A DNA stretch of 64,000 nt from NCBI RefSeq assembly GCF_021246445.1, contig NZ_JAJQXW010000005.1:1-64000 (forward strand). Reading direction: 5' to 3'. Source of the DNA: Rhabdothermincola salaria. Lineage in GTDB: Bacteria > Actinomycetota > Acidimicrobiia > Acidimicrobiales > Acidimicrobilacustridaceae. How positions within the stretch are numbered: the stretch's first letter is position 1; the number at the start of each line of letters is the position of its first letter. The notes below the pieces were generated by a model. That model saw only the letters and a program-made list of their open reading frames with translations. It did no database searches and was not told the DNA's origin. This document shows, in pieces, positions 11,160-21,235 of the stretch. Both the position numbers and the translations under genes were made by a program.

Positions 11160-11644
11160 AGATCCATGACCTCAAGCCCGCTGAAGGGTCCAACCGGGCG
11201 CGCAAGCGCGTCGGACGCGGCATCGGTGGCAAGGGCGGCAAGACCGCAGGCCGAGGCACCAAGGGCCAGCGGGCTCGCGGCAGCGTGCCCGCCGGATTCG
11301 AGGGCGGGCAGATGCCGCTGCACATGCGGGTGCCCAAGCTGCGAGGCTTCAACAACCCGTTCCGGGTCGAGTACCAGGCTCTCAACCTCGACGTCATCGA
11401 CGAGTCGGGCCTCGACGTGGTCGATCCCGAGGCGCTGCTGGCCAAGAGCCTCGTCGGCAAGGGCTCGCTGGTGAAGGTGCTCGGTCGCGGGGAGATCACC
11501 CGTGCGGTCACGGTGAAGGCCCACGCCTTCTCCAAGTCGGCCGAGGCGGCCATCCGCGCTGCGGGGGGTACTGTCGAGATCCTTCCGCTGCCCTGGGGCG
11601 ACCGTCGGCCGCCCGCCCAGGGCAACCACCTGACCAACCGCTGA
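11156..11644 (+). CDS. rplO: 50S ribosomal protein L15
   Basis: RVGRGIGGKGGKTAGRGTKGQ, FEGGQMPL; GTG start. Confidence 0.97.
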   Translation: MKIHDLKPAEGSNRARKRVGRGIGGKGGKTAGRGTKGQRARGSVPAGFEGGQMPLHMRVPKLRGFNNPFRVEYQALNLDVIDESGLDVVDPEALLAKSLVGKGSLVKVLGRGEITRAVTVKAHAFSKSAEAAIRAAGGTVEILPLPWGDRRPPAQGNHLTNR

Positions 11645-11675
11645 GCCGCGCGACGGCCCGGCAGGAGCCACAACG

Positions 11676-12989
11676 GTGCTCACCAACCTGAAGAACATCT
11701 TCAAGGTCCACGATCTTCGCAACAAGATCCTGTTCACCCTCGCGATGATCGGGCTCTACCGCCTGGGTGCCCACATCCCCGTACCCGGCATCGACACGGG
11801 CGCGCTGGCCTCGTTGCAGCAAGAGGCCGAGCGGGGCGGCATCTTGTCGTTCCTGAGCCTGTTCTCGGGCGGCGCGCTCACGCAGTTCGCCGTGTTCGCC
11901 CTCGGGATCATGCCCTACATCACCTCGTCGATCATCATGCAGATCCTCGGCGTGGTGATCCCCAAGCTCGAGGAGTGGCAGAACCAGGGGGCGGTGGGGC
12001 AGCGCAAGATCACGCAGTGGACGCGCTACGTCACCATCGGCATCGCCATCCTGCAGTCCACCGGCCTCGCCTACCTGTTCAACAGCGGCGGCGGCGGCCT
12101 CACCGGTTCGTCGGTGAACCTGATCCCGAACTTCGACGTGCCCCACGTGCTGTTGATCGTGCTCACGCTCACCACCGGCACCGCCCTGCTGATGTGGCTC
12201 GGCGAGCTCATGACCCAGCGGGGGATCGGCAACGGCATGTCGCTGTTGATCTTCGCCTCGGTCGTCAGCACCCTCCCCGGCCAGCTGGCCCAGATCAAGG
12301 CGGCGGGCGGCTGGACGGCGGTGACCCTGTTCGTCGCCGGCTTCACGATGATCCTGGTGGCCATCGTGTTCGTCGAGCAGGGCCAGCGCCGGATCCCGGT
12401 GCAGTTCGCCAAGCGGGTGGTGGGCCGCCGCATGTACGGCGGCCAGAGCACCTACATCCCGCTGAAGGTGAACCAGTCCGGTGTCATCCCGATCATCTTC
12501 GCCAGTTCGGTGCTCTACCTGCCCCAGCTGCTTACCTTCGTGCTCCCCTCAGACGGCTGGGGCGCCAGCGTGCAGACCTTCGTCGACGACAACATCGTGC
12601 GGCCCAACGCCCCGCTGCACCTGTTGGTCTTCGGCCTGTTGATCATCGGCTTCGCCTACTTCTACACGGCCATCACCTTCGATCCCGTGAAGCAGGCCGA
12701 CACGCTGCGCAAGCAGGGCGGGTTCATCCCCGGCATCCGTCCCGGGCCCCAGACCGAGCGGTACCTGGCCAAGATCCTCTCCCGGATCACCCTTCCCGGC
12801 GCCCTCTTCATCGCGTCGGTGGCCCTCATCCCGTCGTTCGTCCTCACGACCTACCTGCCGGGCTCGTCGGGCCAGAACGTCAGCTTCTCCGGCATCACCA
12901 TCCTCATCGCCGTCGGTGTGGCCCTCGAGACCATGAAGCAGGTCGACAGCCAGCTGATGATGCGGAACTACGAAGGGTTCCTGAAGTAG
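11676..12989 (+). CDS. secY: Preprotein translocase subunit SecY
   Basis: FALGIMPYIT, GIGNGMSL, GVIPIIFA, FIPGIRPG; multiple TM segments. Confidence 0.99.
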   Translation: MLTNLKNIFKVHDLRNKILFTLAMIGLYRLGAHIPVPGIDTGALASLQQEAERGGILSFLSLFSGGALTQFAVFALGIMPYITSSIIMQILGVVIPKLEEWQNQGAVGQRKITQWTRYVTIGIAILQSTGLAYLFNSGGGGLTGSSVNLIPNFDVPHVLLIVLTLTTGTALLMWLGELMTQRGIGNGMSLLIFASVVSTLPGQLAQIKAAGGWTAVTLFVAGFTMILVAIVFVEQGQRRIPVQFAKRVVGRRMYGGQSTYIPLKVNQSGVIPIIFASSVLYLPQLLTFVLPSDGWGASVQTFVDDNIVRPNAPLHLLVFGLLIIGFAYFYTAITFDPVKQADTLRKQGGFIPGIRPGPQTERYLAKILSRITLPGALFIASVALIPSFVLTTYLPGSSGQNVSFSGITILIAVGVALETMKQVDSQLMMRNYEGFLK

Positions 12990-13636
12990 TGGCCATCCGA
13001 CTCCTGATCTTCGGTCGCCAGGGCGCGGGGAAGGGCACACAGTCGGCCCTCCTCGCCGAGCACTACGGGGCCGTGCACATCTCCACCGGCGACGTGCTGC
13101 GCGCTGCCGTCGCCAACGCCACCCCGGTGGGGCTCGAGGCCAAGTCGTACATGGACTCCGGTCAGCTGGTCCCCGACGAGGTCATGCTGGGCGTCGTCGA
13201 GGAGCGCCTGGCGCAACCCGACATCGTCGAGCACGGCTTCCTCCTCGACGGCTTCCCCCGCACGGTGCCCCAGGCCGAGGCCCTCCTCGGCATCACCGAC
13301 GTCGACGTGGCGGTCGATCTCGTGGTCCCCGAGGACGTCGTCCTCGAGCGCATCTCGTCGCGACGGGTGTGCTCGTCATGCGGTCGGATCTACTCGGTGG
13401 GCATGCCGCCCGCCGAGGGCTGGACCTGCGACACCTGCGGTGGCGAGGTCGTCCAGCGCGCCGACGACACCCCCGAGGCCGTCGCCAAGCGCCTCGCGGC
13501 CTACAGCAGCGAGACCGAGCCGACCATCCGGTGCTTCGAGGACAAGGGGCTCCTGGCGACCGTCGACGGCCTCGGCACCCCCACCGAGGTGCAGGATCGC
13601 CTGGTGGCGGCCATCGACGCCGCTGTCGCGTCCTGA
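12989..13636 (+). CDS. adk: Adenylate kinase (long form, Cys4 LID)
   Basis: GRQGAGKGTQ, HISTGD, LDGFPRT; CSSC/CDTC; GTG start overlaps secY stop. Confidence 0.95.
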   Translation: MAIRLLIFGRQGAGKGTQSALLAEHYGAVHISTGDVLRAAVANATPVGLEAKSYMDSGQLVPDEVMLGVVEERLAQPDIVEHGFLLDGFPRTVPQAEALLGITDVDVAVDLVVPEDVVLERISSRRVCSSCGRIYSVGMPPAEGWTCDTCGGEVVQRADDTPEAVAKRLAAYSSETEPTIRCFEDKGLLATVDGLGTPTEVQDRLVAAIDAAVAS

Positions 13637-13643
13637 CCCCACG

Positions 13644-14384
13644 GTGAAGCGCACCCCCGAACAGATCCGCCTCATGCGGGCGGCGGGACGGGTGGTGGCC
13701 GAGATGCACGACGAGATCCGCCGGGCGGTCCGGCCCGGGGTCACGACCCTGCAGCTCGATGCCATCGGTCGGACCGTCCTCGAGCGCCGGGGGGCCACCT
13801 CGAACTTCCTCGGCTACCACGGCTACCCGGCTGTGATCTGCGCCTCGCCCAACGACACCATCGTCCACGGCATCCCCTCGGATCGGGCCCTCGTCGACGG
13901 CGACATCCTCTCCATCGACTGCGGAGCCGTCGTGGACGGCTGGCACGGCGACGCCGCCTTCACCATGGCGGTGGGCGAGGTCTCGCCCGAGGCCGAGCGC
14001 CTCATCGAGGTCACCCGAGCATCGTTGTTCGCCGGCATCGCCGCCATGCGCGACGGCAAGCGGCTGGGCGACGTGGGCGCGGCCGTCCAGCGCACGGTCG
14101 AGGCCGCCGGTTTCTCGGTGGTCCGCGAGTACGTGGGCCATGGGATCGGCACGGCGATGCACGAGAAGCCCGAGGTGCCCAACGTGGGCGTCCCGGGCAA
14201 GGGCGGTCGCTTGAAGCCGGGCATGACCCTCGCCCTCGAGCCGATGGTCAACGTCGGGGCCCCCGAGACCTTCCTCACCGACGACGGCTGGACGGTGGTC
14301 ACCGCCGACCGCTCCCTCTCCGCCCACTGGGAGCACACGGTGCTGGTGACCGAGGGCGAACCCGAGATCCTCACCGCCGCGTAG
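13644..14384 (+). CDS. map: Methionine aminopeptidase type I
   Basis: [18 protein letters not shown]...HEKP, EPMV, SAHWEHT. Confidence 0.96.
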   Translation: MKRTPEQIRLMRAAGRVVAEMHDEIRRAVRPGVTTLQLDAIGRTVLERRGATSNFLGYHGYPAVICASPNDTIVHGIPSDRALVDGDILSIDCGAVVDGWHGDAAFTMAVGEVSPEAERLIEVTRASLFAGIAAMRDGKRLGDVGAAVQRTVEAAGFSVVREYVGHGIGTAMHEKPEVPNVGVPGKGGRLKPGMTLALEPMVNVGAPETFLTDDGWTVVTADRSLSAHWEHTVLVTEGEPEILTAA

Positions 14385-14513
14385 CGGGCGCCGCCCCGCC
14401 GTGGACCGACCACGATGCCGGATGCGCCTCGCCGAGGTGCTCGCCGCGGGCGGTGGGGGCGACTACGGTGCTGGGCGAGGCTCGTGAGCTCGCCGGCACC
14501 CGATCTCGCCGAA

Positions 14514-14543
14514 TTGGAATCCGACGGCGAGCACCGCTAGCAT
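14514..14543 (+). promoter_or_regulatory. Putative promoter for infA/alpha operon
   Basis: TTGGAA-18 nt-TAGCAT in the map-infA gap. Confidence 0.5.
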
Positions 14544-14614
14544 CGTCCTTCGGCCATCCGCGCCCCCGCGTCTCTGCGCGCCGGGGTGCGATCCGTGCGA
14601 GCAGGAGGACCACG

Positions 14615-14839
14615 CTGCCGAAGCCCAAGGAAGACGCGATCGTTCTCGAGGGAACGGTCATCGAGCCGTTGCCCAACGCCATGTTCCGAGTCGAGCTCGA
14701 GAACGGGCACAAGGTGCTGGCCCACATCTCGGGGAAGATGCGCATGCACTACATCCGCATCCTGCCCGGTGATCGCGTCCAGGTTGAGCTGACGCCGTAC
14801 GACCTCACCCGCGGCCGAATCACCTATCGGTACAAGTAG
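14615..14839 (+). CDS. infA: Translation initiation factor IF-1 (probable CTG start)
   Basis: [28 protein letters not shown]...[17 protein letters not shown] 6 nt before in-frame CTG. Confidence 0.95.
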   Translation: MPKPKEDAIVLEGTVIEPLPNAMFRVELENGHKVLAHISGKMRMHYIRILPGDRVQVELTPYDLTRGRITYRYK

Positions 14840-14931
14840 GACACCACCAGGCAAGTGAGCGTCCGGCCGCCCTGGCCGGACCCGCCGGGGGGATCATGCC
14901 CCGGTGACCCTGAACGAAGGATTCAGGCGAT

Positions 14932-15045
14932 TTGAAAGTACGTCCGAGCGTCAAGAAGATCTGTGAGAAGTGCAAGGTGATCCGCCGCCACGGGCGGGTT
15001 CGGGTCATCTGCACCAATCCCCGACACAAGCAGCGGCAGGGCTGA
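14932..15045 (+). CDS. rpmJ: 50S ribosomal protein L36 (zinc ribbon); missing from ORF track
   Basis: TTG start; [37 protein letters not shown]. Confidence 0.97.
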   Translation: MKVRPSVKKICEKCKVIRRHGRVRVICTNPRHKQRQG

Positions 15046-15046
15046 C

Positions 15047-15426
15047 ATGGCCCGCATCGCAGGGGTCGACGTCCCCCGAGAAAAGCGTCTCGAGATCAGC
15101 CTCACCTACATCTTCGGCGTGGGTCGCACCACCGCCAAGCAGATCTGTGAGTTCACCGACATCGACTCCAGCACGCGGGTCCGCGACCTCACCGACGAAG
15201 AGGTGAACCGCATCCGCGCCTGGATCGACCAGAACCTCAAGGTCGAGGGTGACCTGCGGCGCGAGGTCGACCAGGACATCCGTCGCAAGATGGAGATCGG
15301 TTCCTACCAGGGCCTGCGCCACCGCAAGGGCCTGCCCGTCCGCGGCCAGCGCACGCACACCAACGCTCGCACCCGCAAGGGCCCGAAGAAGACCGTGGCC
15401 GGCAAGAAGAAGGTGGGTCGCAAGTA

Positions 15427-15427
<1 letters not shown>
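15047..15427 (+). CDS. rpsM: 30S ribosomal protein S13
   Basis: [26 protein letters not shown]. Confidence 0.99.
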
Positions 15428-15825
<398 letters not shown>

Positions 15826-15827
15826 CC

Positions 15828-16445
15828 ATGGCTCGTTACACCGGACCCAAGGCGCGCGTCTCGCGTCGCCTGGGCACCAACATCTTCGGCACCAAGGGCG
15901 AGACCGTCGCCCTCGACAAGCGGCCGTATCCCCCGGGCGAGCACGGTCGCACCCGCCGACGGGGCAATCCCTCGGAGTACCTGCTCCAGATGCAGGAGAA
16001 GCAGAAGGCCCGCTTCACCTACGGTCTCTCCGAGCGGCAGTTCCGCAACCTCTACGAGGAGGCGAACCGCAAGGCGGGGGTGACCGGCGAGAACATGCTC
16101 CGGTTCCTCGAGATGCGGCTCGACAACGTCGTCTACCGCTCCGGCTGGGCGGCCACTCGTCCCCAGGCCCGCCAGTTCGTGGGCCACGGCCACGTGAACG
16201 TCAACGGCAAGCGGGTCGACATCCCCAGCTTCCGCGTCCGTCCGGGCGATGTCGTCACCCTGCGCGACAAGGCCCGCGAGATGGTCGTCGTGCAGTGGAA
16301 CCGCGACGTGCTCGACCGCACGCCTCCGGCGTGGCTCGAGTCCGGTGAGGGCGGCTTCACCATCACGGTGCTGCAGGCCCCGGTCCGCGACCAGATCGAC
16401 GTGCCGGTGCGCGAGCAGCTCATCGTCGAGCTCTATTCGAAGTAG
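15828..16445 (+). CDS. rpsD: 30S ribosomal protein S4
   Basis: [27 protein letters not shown]. Confidence 0.98.
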   Translation: MARYTGPKARVSRRLGTNIFGTKGETVALDKRPYPPGEHGRTRRRGNPSEYLLQMQEKQKARFTYGLSERQFRNLYEEANRKAGVTGENMLRFLEMRLDNVVYRSGWAATRPQARQFVGHGHVNVNGKRVDIPSFRVRPGDVVTLRDKAREMVVVQWNRDVLDRTPPAWLESGEGGFTITVLQAPVRDQIDVPVREQLIVELYSK

Positions 16446-16518
16446 GCGCCCACCGGGCGGGGGACGAGCCCCCGCCCGTGCGCCGATCCCCATCCGTACG
16501 GAACCGAGGTAGACACAC

Positions 16519-17457
16519 ATGCTGGTCATGCAGCGCCCGAAGGTGGAAGCGCTCGGAGAGGTCGACGACGCCCGTCAGCTCTTCGCCCTGGGCCCGCTGG
16601 AGCCGGGATTCGGGCACACGCTCGGAAACTCGCTCCGCCGCACCCTTCTCTCGTCGATCCCGGGAGCGGCCGTCACCCAGGTCCGCTTCGACGAGGCCCT
16701 CCACGAGTTCGACACCATCAAGGGCGTCACCGAGGACGTCACCGACATCTTGTTGAACCTCAAGGACCTCGTCCTGCGGGTGCACACCGATGAGCCGGTG
16801 ACCCTTCGTCTCGACGCCCGCGGTCCGGCCGAGGTCACCGCGGCCGACATCGCCCTCACCTCCGATGTGGAGGTCCTCAACCCGGACCTGCACATCGCCA
16901 CACTCAACGGCAACGGCCGTCTGGCCATCGACATCACCGTCGAGACGGGTCGGGGCTACGTCTCGGCCGATCGCAACAAGACCTCGAGCACCATCGGTGT
17001 GATCCCGGTCGACTCGATCTTCTCGCCGGTGCGTCGGGTCACGTTCTCCGTCGAGCCCACGCGCGTCGAGCACTCCACGGAGTTCGATCGCCTGGTCCTC
17101 GACATCGAGACCGACGGCTCCATCTCCGCCCGAGAGGCGCTGGCGTCGGCAGGGGCCACCCTGCAGTCGCTGGTCCAGCTCGTCGCCGAGATGAGCGACG
17201 AGCCCCAGGGCCTCGAGCTGGGTGAGGTGGCCGTGGCCGCCACCGGCTCGCCCGACCTCGACCTCCCCATCGAGGACCTCGATCTCTCCGAGCGTCCTCG
17301 CAACTGCCTCAAGCGGGCCCAGGTCAACTCCGTCGGGGAGCTCCTCGACAAGACCGAGGACGACCTGCTCGCCATCACCAACTTCGGCCAGAAGTCGCTC
17401 GACGAGGTCATCGCCAAGCTCGACGAGCGCGGTCTGTCGCTCAAGCACCGGGACTGA
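16519..17457 (+). CDS. rpoA: RNA polymerase alpha subunit
   Basis: [31 protein letters not shown]. Confidence 0.99.
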   Translation: MLVMQRPKVEALGEVDDARQLFALGPLEPGFGHTLGNSLRRTLLSSIPGAAVTQVRFDEALHEFDTIKGVTEDVTDILLNLKDLVLRVHTDEPVTLRLDARGPAEVTAADIALTSDVEVLNPDLHIATLNGNGRLAIDITVETGRGYVSADRNKTSSTIGVIPVDSIFSPVRRVTFSVEPTRVEHSTEFDRLVLDIETDGSISAREALASAGATLQSLVQLVAEMSDEPQGLELGEVAVAATGSPDLDLPIEDLDLSERPRNCLKRAQVNSVGELLDKTEDDLLAITNFGQKSLDEVIAKLDERGLSLKHRD

Positions 17458-17464
17458 AACCGCC

Positions 17465-17818
17465 ATGCCTGCTACTCCCCGCAAATCCCGCCGCTTCGGC
17501 GGCAGCGCCTCTCACCAGCGTCTGATGATGGCCAACCTGGCCGCGTCGCTCTTCGCGGCCGAAGGCATCGTCACCACCGAGGCCAAGGCCAAGGCCCTGC
17601 GCCCGGTGGCCGAGAAGCTCATCACCAAGGCCAAGAAGGGCGGCCTGCACCGCCACCGCCAGGTCGTCGCCTACCTCGGCGACAAGGAGATGGCGTCGAA
17701 GCTCTTCGACGACATCGGCCCCCGCTACGTCGAGCGGCCCGGTGGCTACACCCGCATCCTCAAGCTCGGTCCCCGTCAGGGTGACAACGCGCCGATGGCG
17801 CGCATCGAGCTGGTCTGA
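17465..17818 (+). CDS. rplQ: 50S ribosomal protein L17
   Basis: [24 protein letters not shown]. Confidence 0.97.
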   Translation: MPATPRKSRRFGGSASHQRLMMANLAASLFAAEGIVTTEAKAKALRPVAEKLITKAKKGGLHRHRQVVAYLGDKEMASKLFDDIGPRYVERPGGYTRILKLGPRQGDNAPMARIELV

Positions 17819-17837
17819 CAGCCGGCGGGTCGCCCCC

Positions 17838-18692
17838 GTGACGACCACCGACCCGACCGCAGCCGACCCCTCGGGGTCGGCTGCGGCGCGTCCGGGCCCG
17901 GTGCGCGTCCGGCTCACCGTGGCCTACGACGGCTCGGCCTTCCACGGCATGGCGGCCAACGAGGGCGTGGCCACGGTGGCCGGCACCCTGGCCGAGGCCC
18001 TGGGGCGCGTCCTGCGCCACCCGGTCACCCTCAGCGTGGCCGGTCGCACCGACAAGGGCGTGCACGCGCACGGCCAGGTGGTGAGCCTCGACGTCGCCGA
18101 TCCCCTCGTCGACCTCGGCGCCCTGGCCCGGGCCGTGAACGGCATCTGCGGGCCGGAGATCTCCGTGCGGGCGGCGACCATCGTGGCCGACGACTTCGAC
18201 GCCCGGTTCTCGGCCACCTGGCGGGCGTACCGCTACACGGTCCTCAACCGGCCCGATCCCGATCCCTTCCTGGCCCGGACGGCCTGGTGGGTGCCCGAGC
18301 CCCTCGACCTCAACGCCCTGCGCCTCGGTTGCGACCCGCTCATCGGCAGCCACGACTTCTCGTCGTTCTGCCGCCGACCCAAGGGTGCCGGTCCCGAGGT
18401 CACCCTGGTCCGCCGGGTGCTCGACGCTCGCTGGCACGACCTGGGCGACGGGGTCCTGCGCTTCGACATCCGGGCCAATGCCTTCTGCCACCAGATGGTG
18501 CGCAGCATCGTCGGGCTGCTGGTCGACGTCGGACGGGGCCGTCGCCGCGCCGGTCAGGTGGCGGGCATCCGCCGGGCGGGCGACCGGGCCGGGGTGCCCA
18601 CCGTGGCCCCGCCGCACGGCCTGTGCCTGTGGGAGGTGGGGTACCCGGCGCTCGGCGCGCCGACCTCCGACCCCCGAGGGCCCCGGCCCTGA
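17838..18692 (+). CDS. truA: tRNA pseudouridine(38-40) synthase
   Basis: [30 protein letters not shown]; start approximate. Confidence 0.95.
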   Translation: MTTTDPTAADPSGSAAARPGPVRVRLTVAYDGSAFHGMAANEGVATVAGTLAEALGRVLRHPVTLSVAGRTDKGVHAHGQVVSLDVADPLVDLGALARAVNGICGPEISVRAATIVADDFDARFSATWRAYRYTVLNRPDPDPFLARTAWWVPEPLDLNALRLGCDPLIGSHDFSSFCRRPKGAGPEVTLVRRVLDARWHDLGDGVLRFDIRANAFCHQMVRSIVGLLVDVGRGRRRAGQVAGIRRAGDRAGVPTVAPPHGLCLWEVGYPALGAPTSDPRGPRP

Positions 18693-18714
18693 CCGCCCCG
18701 ACCGGCCACCGGAG

Positions 18715-18744
18715 TTGCCCGGTGACGAGGAGCCCCGGTACGAT
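18715..18744 (+). promoter_or_regulatory. Putative promoter for rplM-rpsI
   Basis: TTGCCC-18 nt-TACGAT. Confidence 0.6.
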
Positions 18745-18832
18745 TGCCCGCTGCTCTGGCGCGCGCCGAAGGGTCATCCGTGCGCTGCGTCAGACCCGTC
18801 TCGAAGCACTCCACGAAAGCAAGGGCTTGCGC

Positions 18833-19282
18833 GTGCGCACCTACACCCCCAAGGCCAGCGAGATCCAGCGCGACTGGCACGTCATCGACGCCGAGGGCAT
18901 GGTCCTCGGTCGCCTCGCCACCGAGGTGGCCAGCCTCCTGCGCGGCAAGCACAAGCCGACCTACACCCCCCACCTCGACACCGGCGACCACGTCATCGTG
19001 GTCAACGCCGACAAGATCGTCCTCACCTCCAACAAGGGCGAGCGCCAGATGGTGCACCGCCACTCGGGGTACCCGGGCGGTCTGCGCACGCAGACCTACG
19101 GCAACCTCATGGCCAACAAGCCCGAGGAAGCCGTCCGCCGGGCCGTGCGCGGCATGCTCCCGAAGAACCGCCTCGGTCGTCAGATGATCCGCAAGCTCAA
19201 GGTCTACGCGGGGCCGAACCATCCCCACGCCGCCCAGTCGCCCCAGTCGCTCGAGCTCGCCCGCGCCAAGGCCCGCTCGTAA
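18833..19282 (+). CDS. rplM: 50S ribosomal protein L13
   Basis: [31 protein letters not shown] start. Confidence 0.97.
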   Translation: MRTYTPKASEIQRDWHVIDAEGMVLGRLATEVASLLRGKHKPTYTPHLDTGDHVIVVNADKIVLTSNKGERQMVHRHSGYPGGLRTQTYGNLMANKPEEAVRRAVRGMLPKNRLGRQMIRKLKVYAGPNHPHAAQSPQSLELARAKARS

Positions 19283-19305
19283 CCGCTCGCTGCAAGGAAC
19301 CCCCG

Positions 19306-19698
19306 ATGTCGACTCCTCTCGTCCAGTCCACCGGTCGCCGCAAGCGTGCGGTCGCCCGTGTCAACCTCCGTCCCGGCTCCGGGACCATCACGGTCAACAA
19401 GCGCTCGGTCGACGAGTACTTCCCGACCCCGACCCACCGGATGATCCTCACCGAGCCGTTGCGCCTCACCGAGCTCTCCGAGACCTACGACGTCGACTGC
19501 CGCATCGACGGCGGCGGGGCCTCCGGGCAGGCGGGCGCGCTGCGTCACGCCATCGCCCGGGCGCTCATCGAGGTCGACCCCGAGCTGCGCCCGGAGCTCA
19601 AGAAGGCCGGCTTCCTCACCCGCGACGATCGCAAGAAGGAATCCAAGAAGTACGGCCTCAAGAAGGCCCGCAAGGCTCCGCAGTACTCCAAGCGCTGA
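19306..19698 (+). CDS. rpsI: 30S ribosomal protein S9
   Basis: [32 protein letters not shown]. Confidence 0.98.
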   Translation: MSTPLVQSTGRRKRAVARVNLRPGSGTITVNKRSVDEYFPTPTHRMILTEPLRLTELSETYDVDCRIDGGGASGQAGALRHAIARALIEVDPELRPELKKAGFLTRDDRKKESKKYGLKKARKAPQYSKR

Positions 19699-19833
19699 GC
19701 CGGCCGGTCGCTCCGGCCTCGAGGCCGCGACCGACCCTGCCGTCACCACCGACGTGCGCCTCCCTGTCGGGACGGCGCACGTCGGCGTTTTGGTCCCCTG
19801 GGTGCGCCACGATCGAGCAAGGAGAAGTCGTCG

Positions 19834-21159
19834 ATGACGTTGCGGTTCGGGACCGACGGGGTGCGCGGCCGCGCCGATGAGCTCACCGACGAGCTGGTGG
19901 TCGCACTCGGCCAGGCCGCCGCCGAGGTGCTCGGCGCCGACGCCATGGTGGTGGGTCGCGACACCCGGGCCTCGGGTCCTCGGCTCGAGGCGGCCCTGGC
20001 GGAGGGGGCGCGCGCCGCAGGGGTCGAGCCGATCGGCCTCGGGGTCGTGCCCACGCCGACGGTGGCCTGGGAGAGCGCCCGCTCGGGTCGCACCGGTGCG
20101 GTGATCTCCGCATCGCACAACCCCTGGACCGACAACGGCATCAAGTTCTTCGCACCCGGCGGGCGCAAGCTCTCCGACGAGCTGGAGGAGCGCCTGGAGG
20201 CCCGCCTCGACGAGCTCGTGGCCATCGCCGCGCCACTTCCGACAGGGATGGTCGAACCGGCGGGTGATCCCTCGGTGGGCACGGCCTGGGCCGAGGCCCT
20301 CCGGGCGACCGTGCCGGCCGACGCCCTGCGCGGCATGAAGGTCGTCGTCGACTGTGCCAACGGGGCGTCGTCGGCGCTGGCGCCCGGCGTCCTGCGGGAC
20401 CTGGGCTGCGATCTGGTGGTGCTGCACGACTCGCCGGATGGCACCAACATCAACGACGGATGCGGCTCCACCCACCCGGGGGACCTGCAGGCCGCGGTGG
20501 TGGAGCACGGGGCGGATGTCGGGCTGGCCTTCGACGGCGACGCCGACCGGGTGCTGGCCGTGGACGAGCGGGGCGCCCTGGTCGACGGCGACCACCTCAT
20601 CGCCCTGTTCGCCCTCGATCTCCAGGACCGGGGCCGACTGGCCCAGGACCACGTCGTCGTGACGGTGATGACCAACCTCGGCTTCCGCCACGCCATGTCG
20701 AGCGCGGGCATCGAGGTGGTCGAAACGCCGGTGGGCGACCGCCACGTGTTGGAGGCCCTGCAACGCGGCGGCTGGTCGCTGGGCGGCGAGCAGTCCGGCC
20801 ACATCGTCTTCGCCGACCTGGCCACCACGGGCGACGGCCTGCTCTCGGGGCTCCAGCTGCTCGATCTCCTCCGTCGCTCCGGACGGCCTCTCTCCGAGCT
20901 GGCGGCGCAGGTGATGACCCGGCTGCCGCAGGTGCTGGTCAACGTGGCGGTCGACCAGCGTCGCCCCGACATCGCCGACCTGGTCGCCGACGCGGTGGCG
21001 GCCGAGGAGGCGGTGCTCGACGGCGCCGGCCGCATCCTGATCCGCCCCAGCGGCACCGAACCGCTCGTGCGGGTCATGGTCGAGGCCCCCTCGGCCGAGC
21101 AGGCCGAAGGCGTGGCCCAGCGCCTGGCCGCCGCCGTGGGCGCAGCCTGCGCCACGTAG
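19834..21159 (+). CDS. glmM: Phosphoglucosamine mutase
   Basis: FGTDGVRG, ISASHNP, DGDADR, GGEQSGH, RPSGTEP. Confidence 0.96.
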   Translation: MTLRFGTDGVRGRADELTDELVVALGQAAAEVLGADAMVVGRDTRASGPRLEAALAEGARAAGVEPIGLGVVPTPTVAWESARSGRTGAVISASHNPWTDNGIKFFAPGGRKLSDELEERLEARLDELVAIAAPLPTGMVEPAGDPSVGTAWAEALRATVPADALRGMKVVVDCANGASSALAPGVLRDLGCDLVVLHDSPDGTNINDGCGSTHPGDLQAAVVEHGADVGLAFDGDADRVLAVDERGALVDGDHLIALFALDLQDRGRLAQDHVVVTVMTNLGFRHAMSSAGIEVVETPVGDRHVLEALQRGGWSLGGEQSGHIVFADLATTGDGLLSGLQLLDLLRRSGRPLSELAAQVMTRLPQVLVNVAVDQRRPDIADLVADAVAAEEAVLDGAGRILIRPSGTEPLVRVMVEAPSAEQAEGVAQRLAAAVGAACAT

Positions 21160-21235
21160 ACTCCACGGGTTCGCTTCGCCGTCCGGCAGCCGGGTGCATC
21201 CGTCGCCGGGACAACCCCAGGAGTCCGTCGGCCAC

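Noticed and set aside
11975..13636. Apparent long N-terminal extensions of Adk (likewise Alr, TsaE/B/D, RimI, RplM, RpsI, RplO in the ORF track)
   Set aside because: Stop-poor alternative frames over the upstream gene in high-GC DNA; real starts lie at or near the upstream stop codon.
21160..21235. glmS ribozyme upstream of glmS
   Set aside because: Only ~76 nt of intergenic space and no recognisable ribozyme core.
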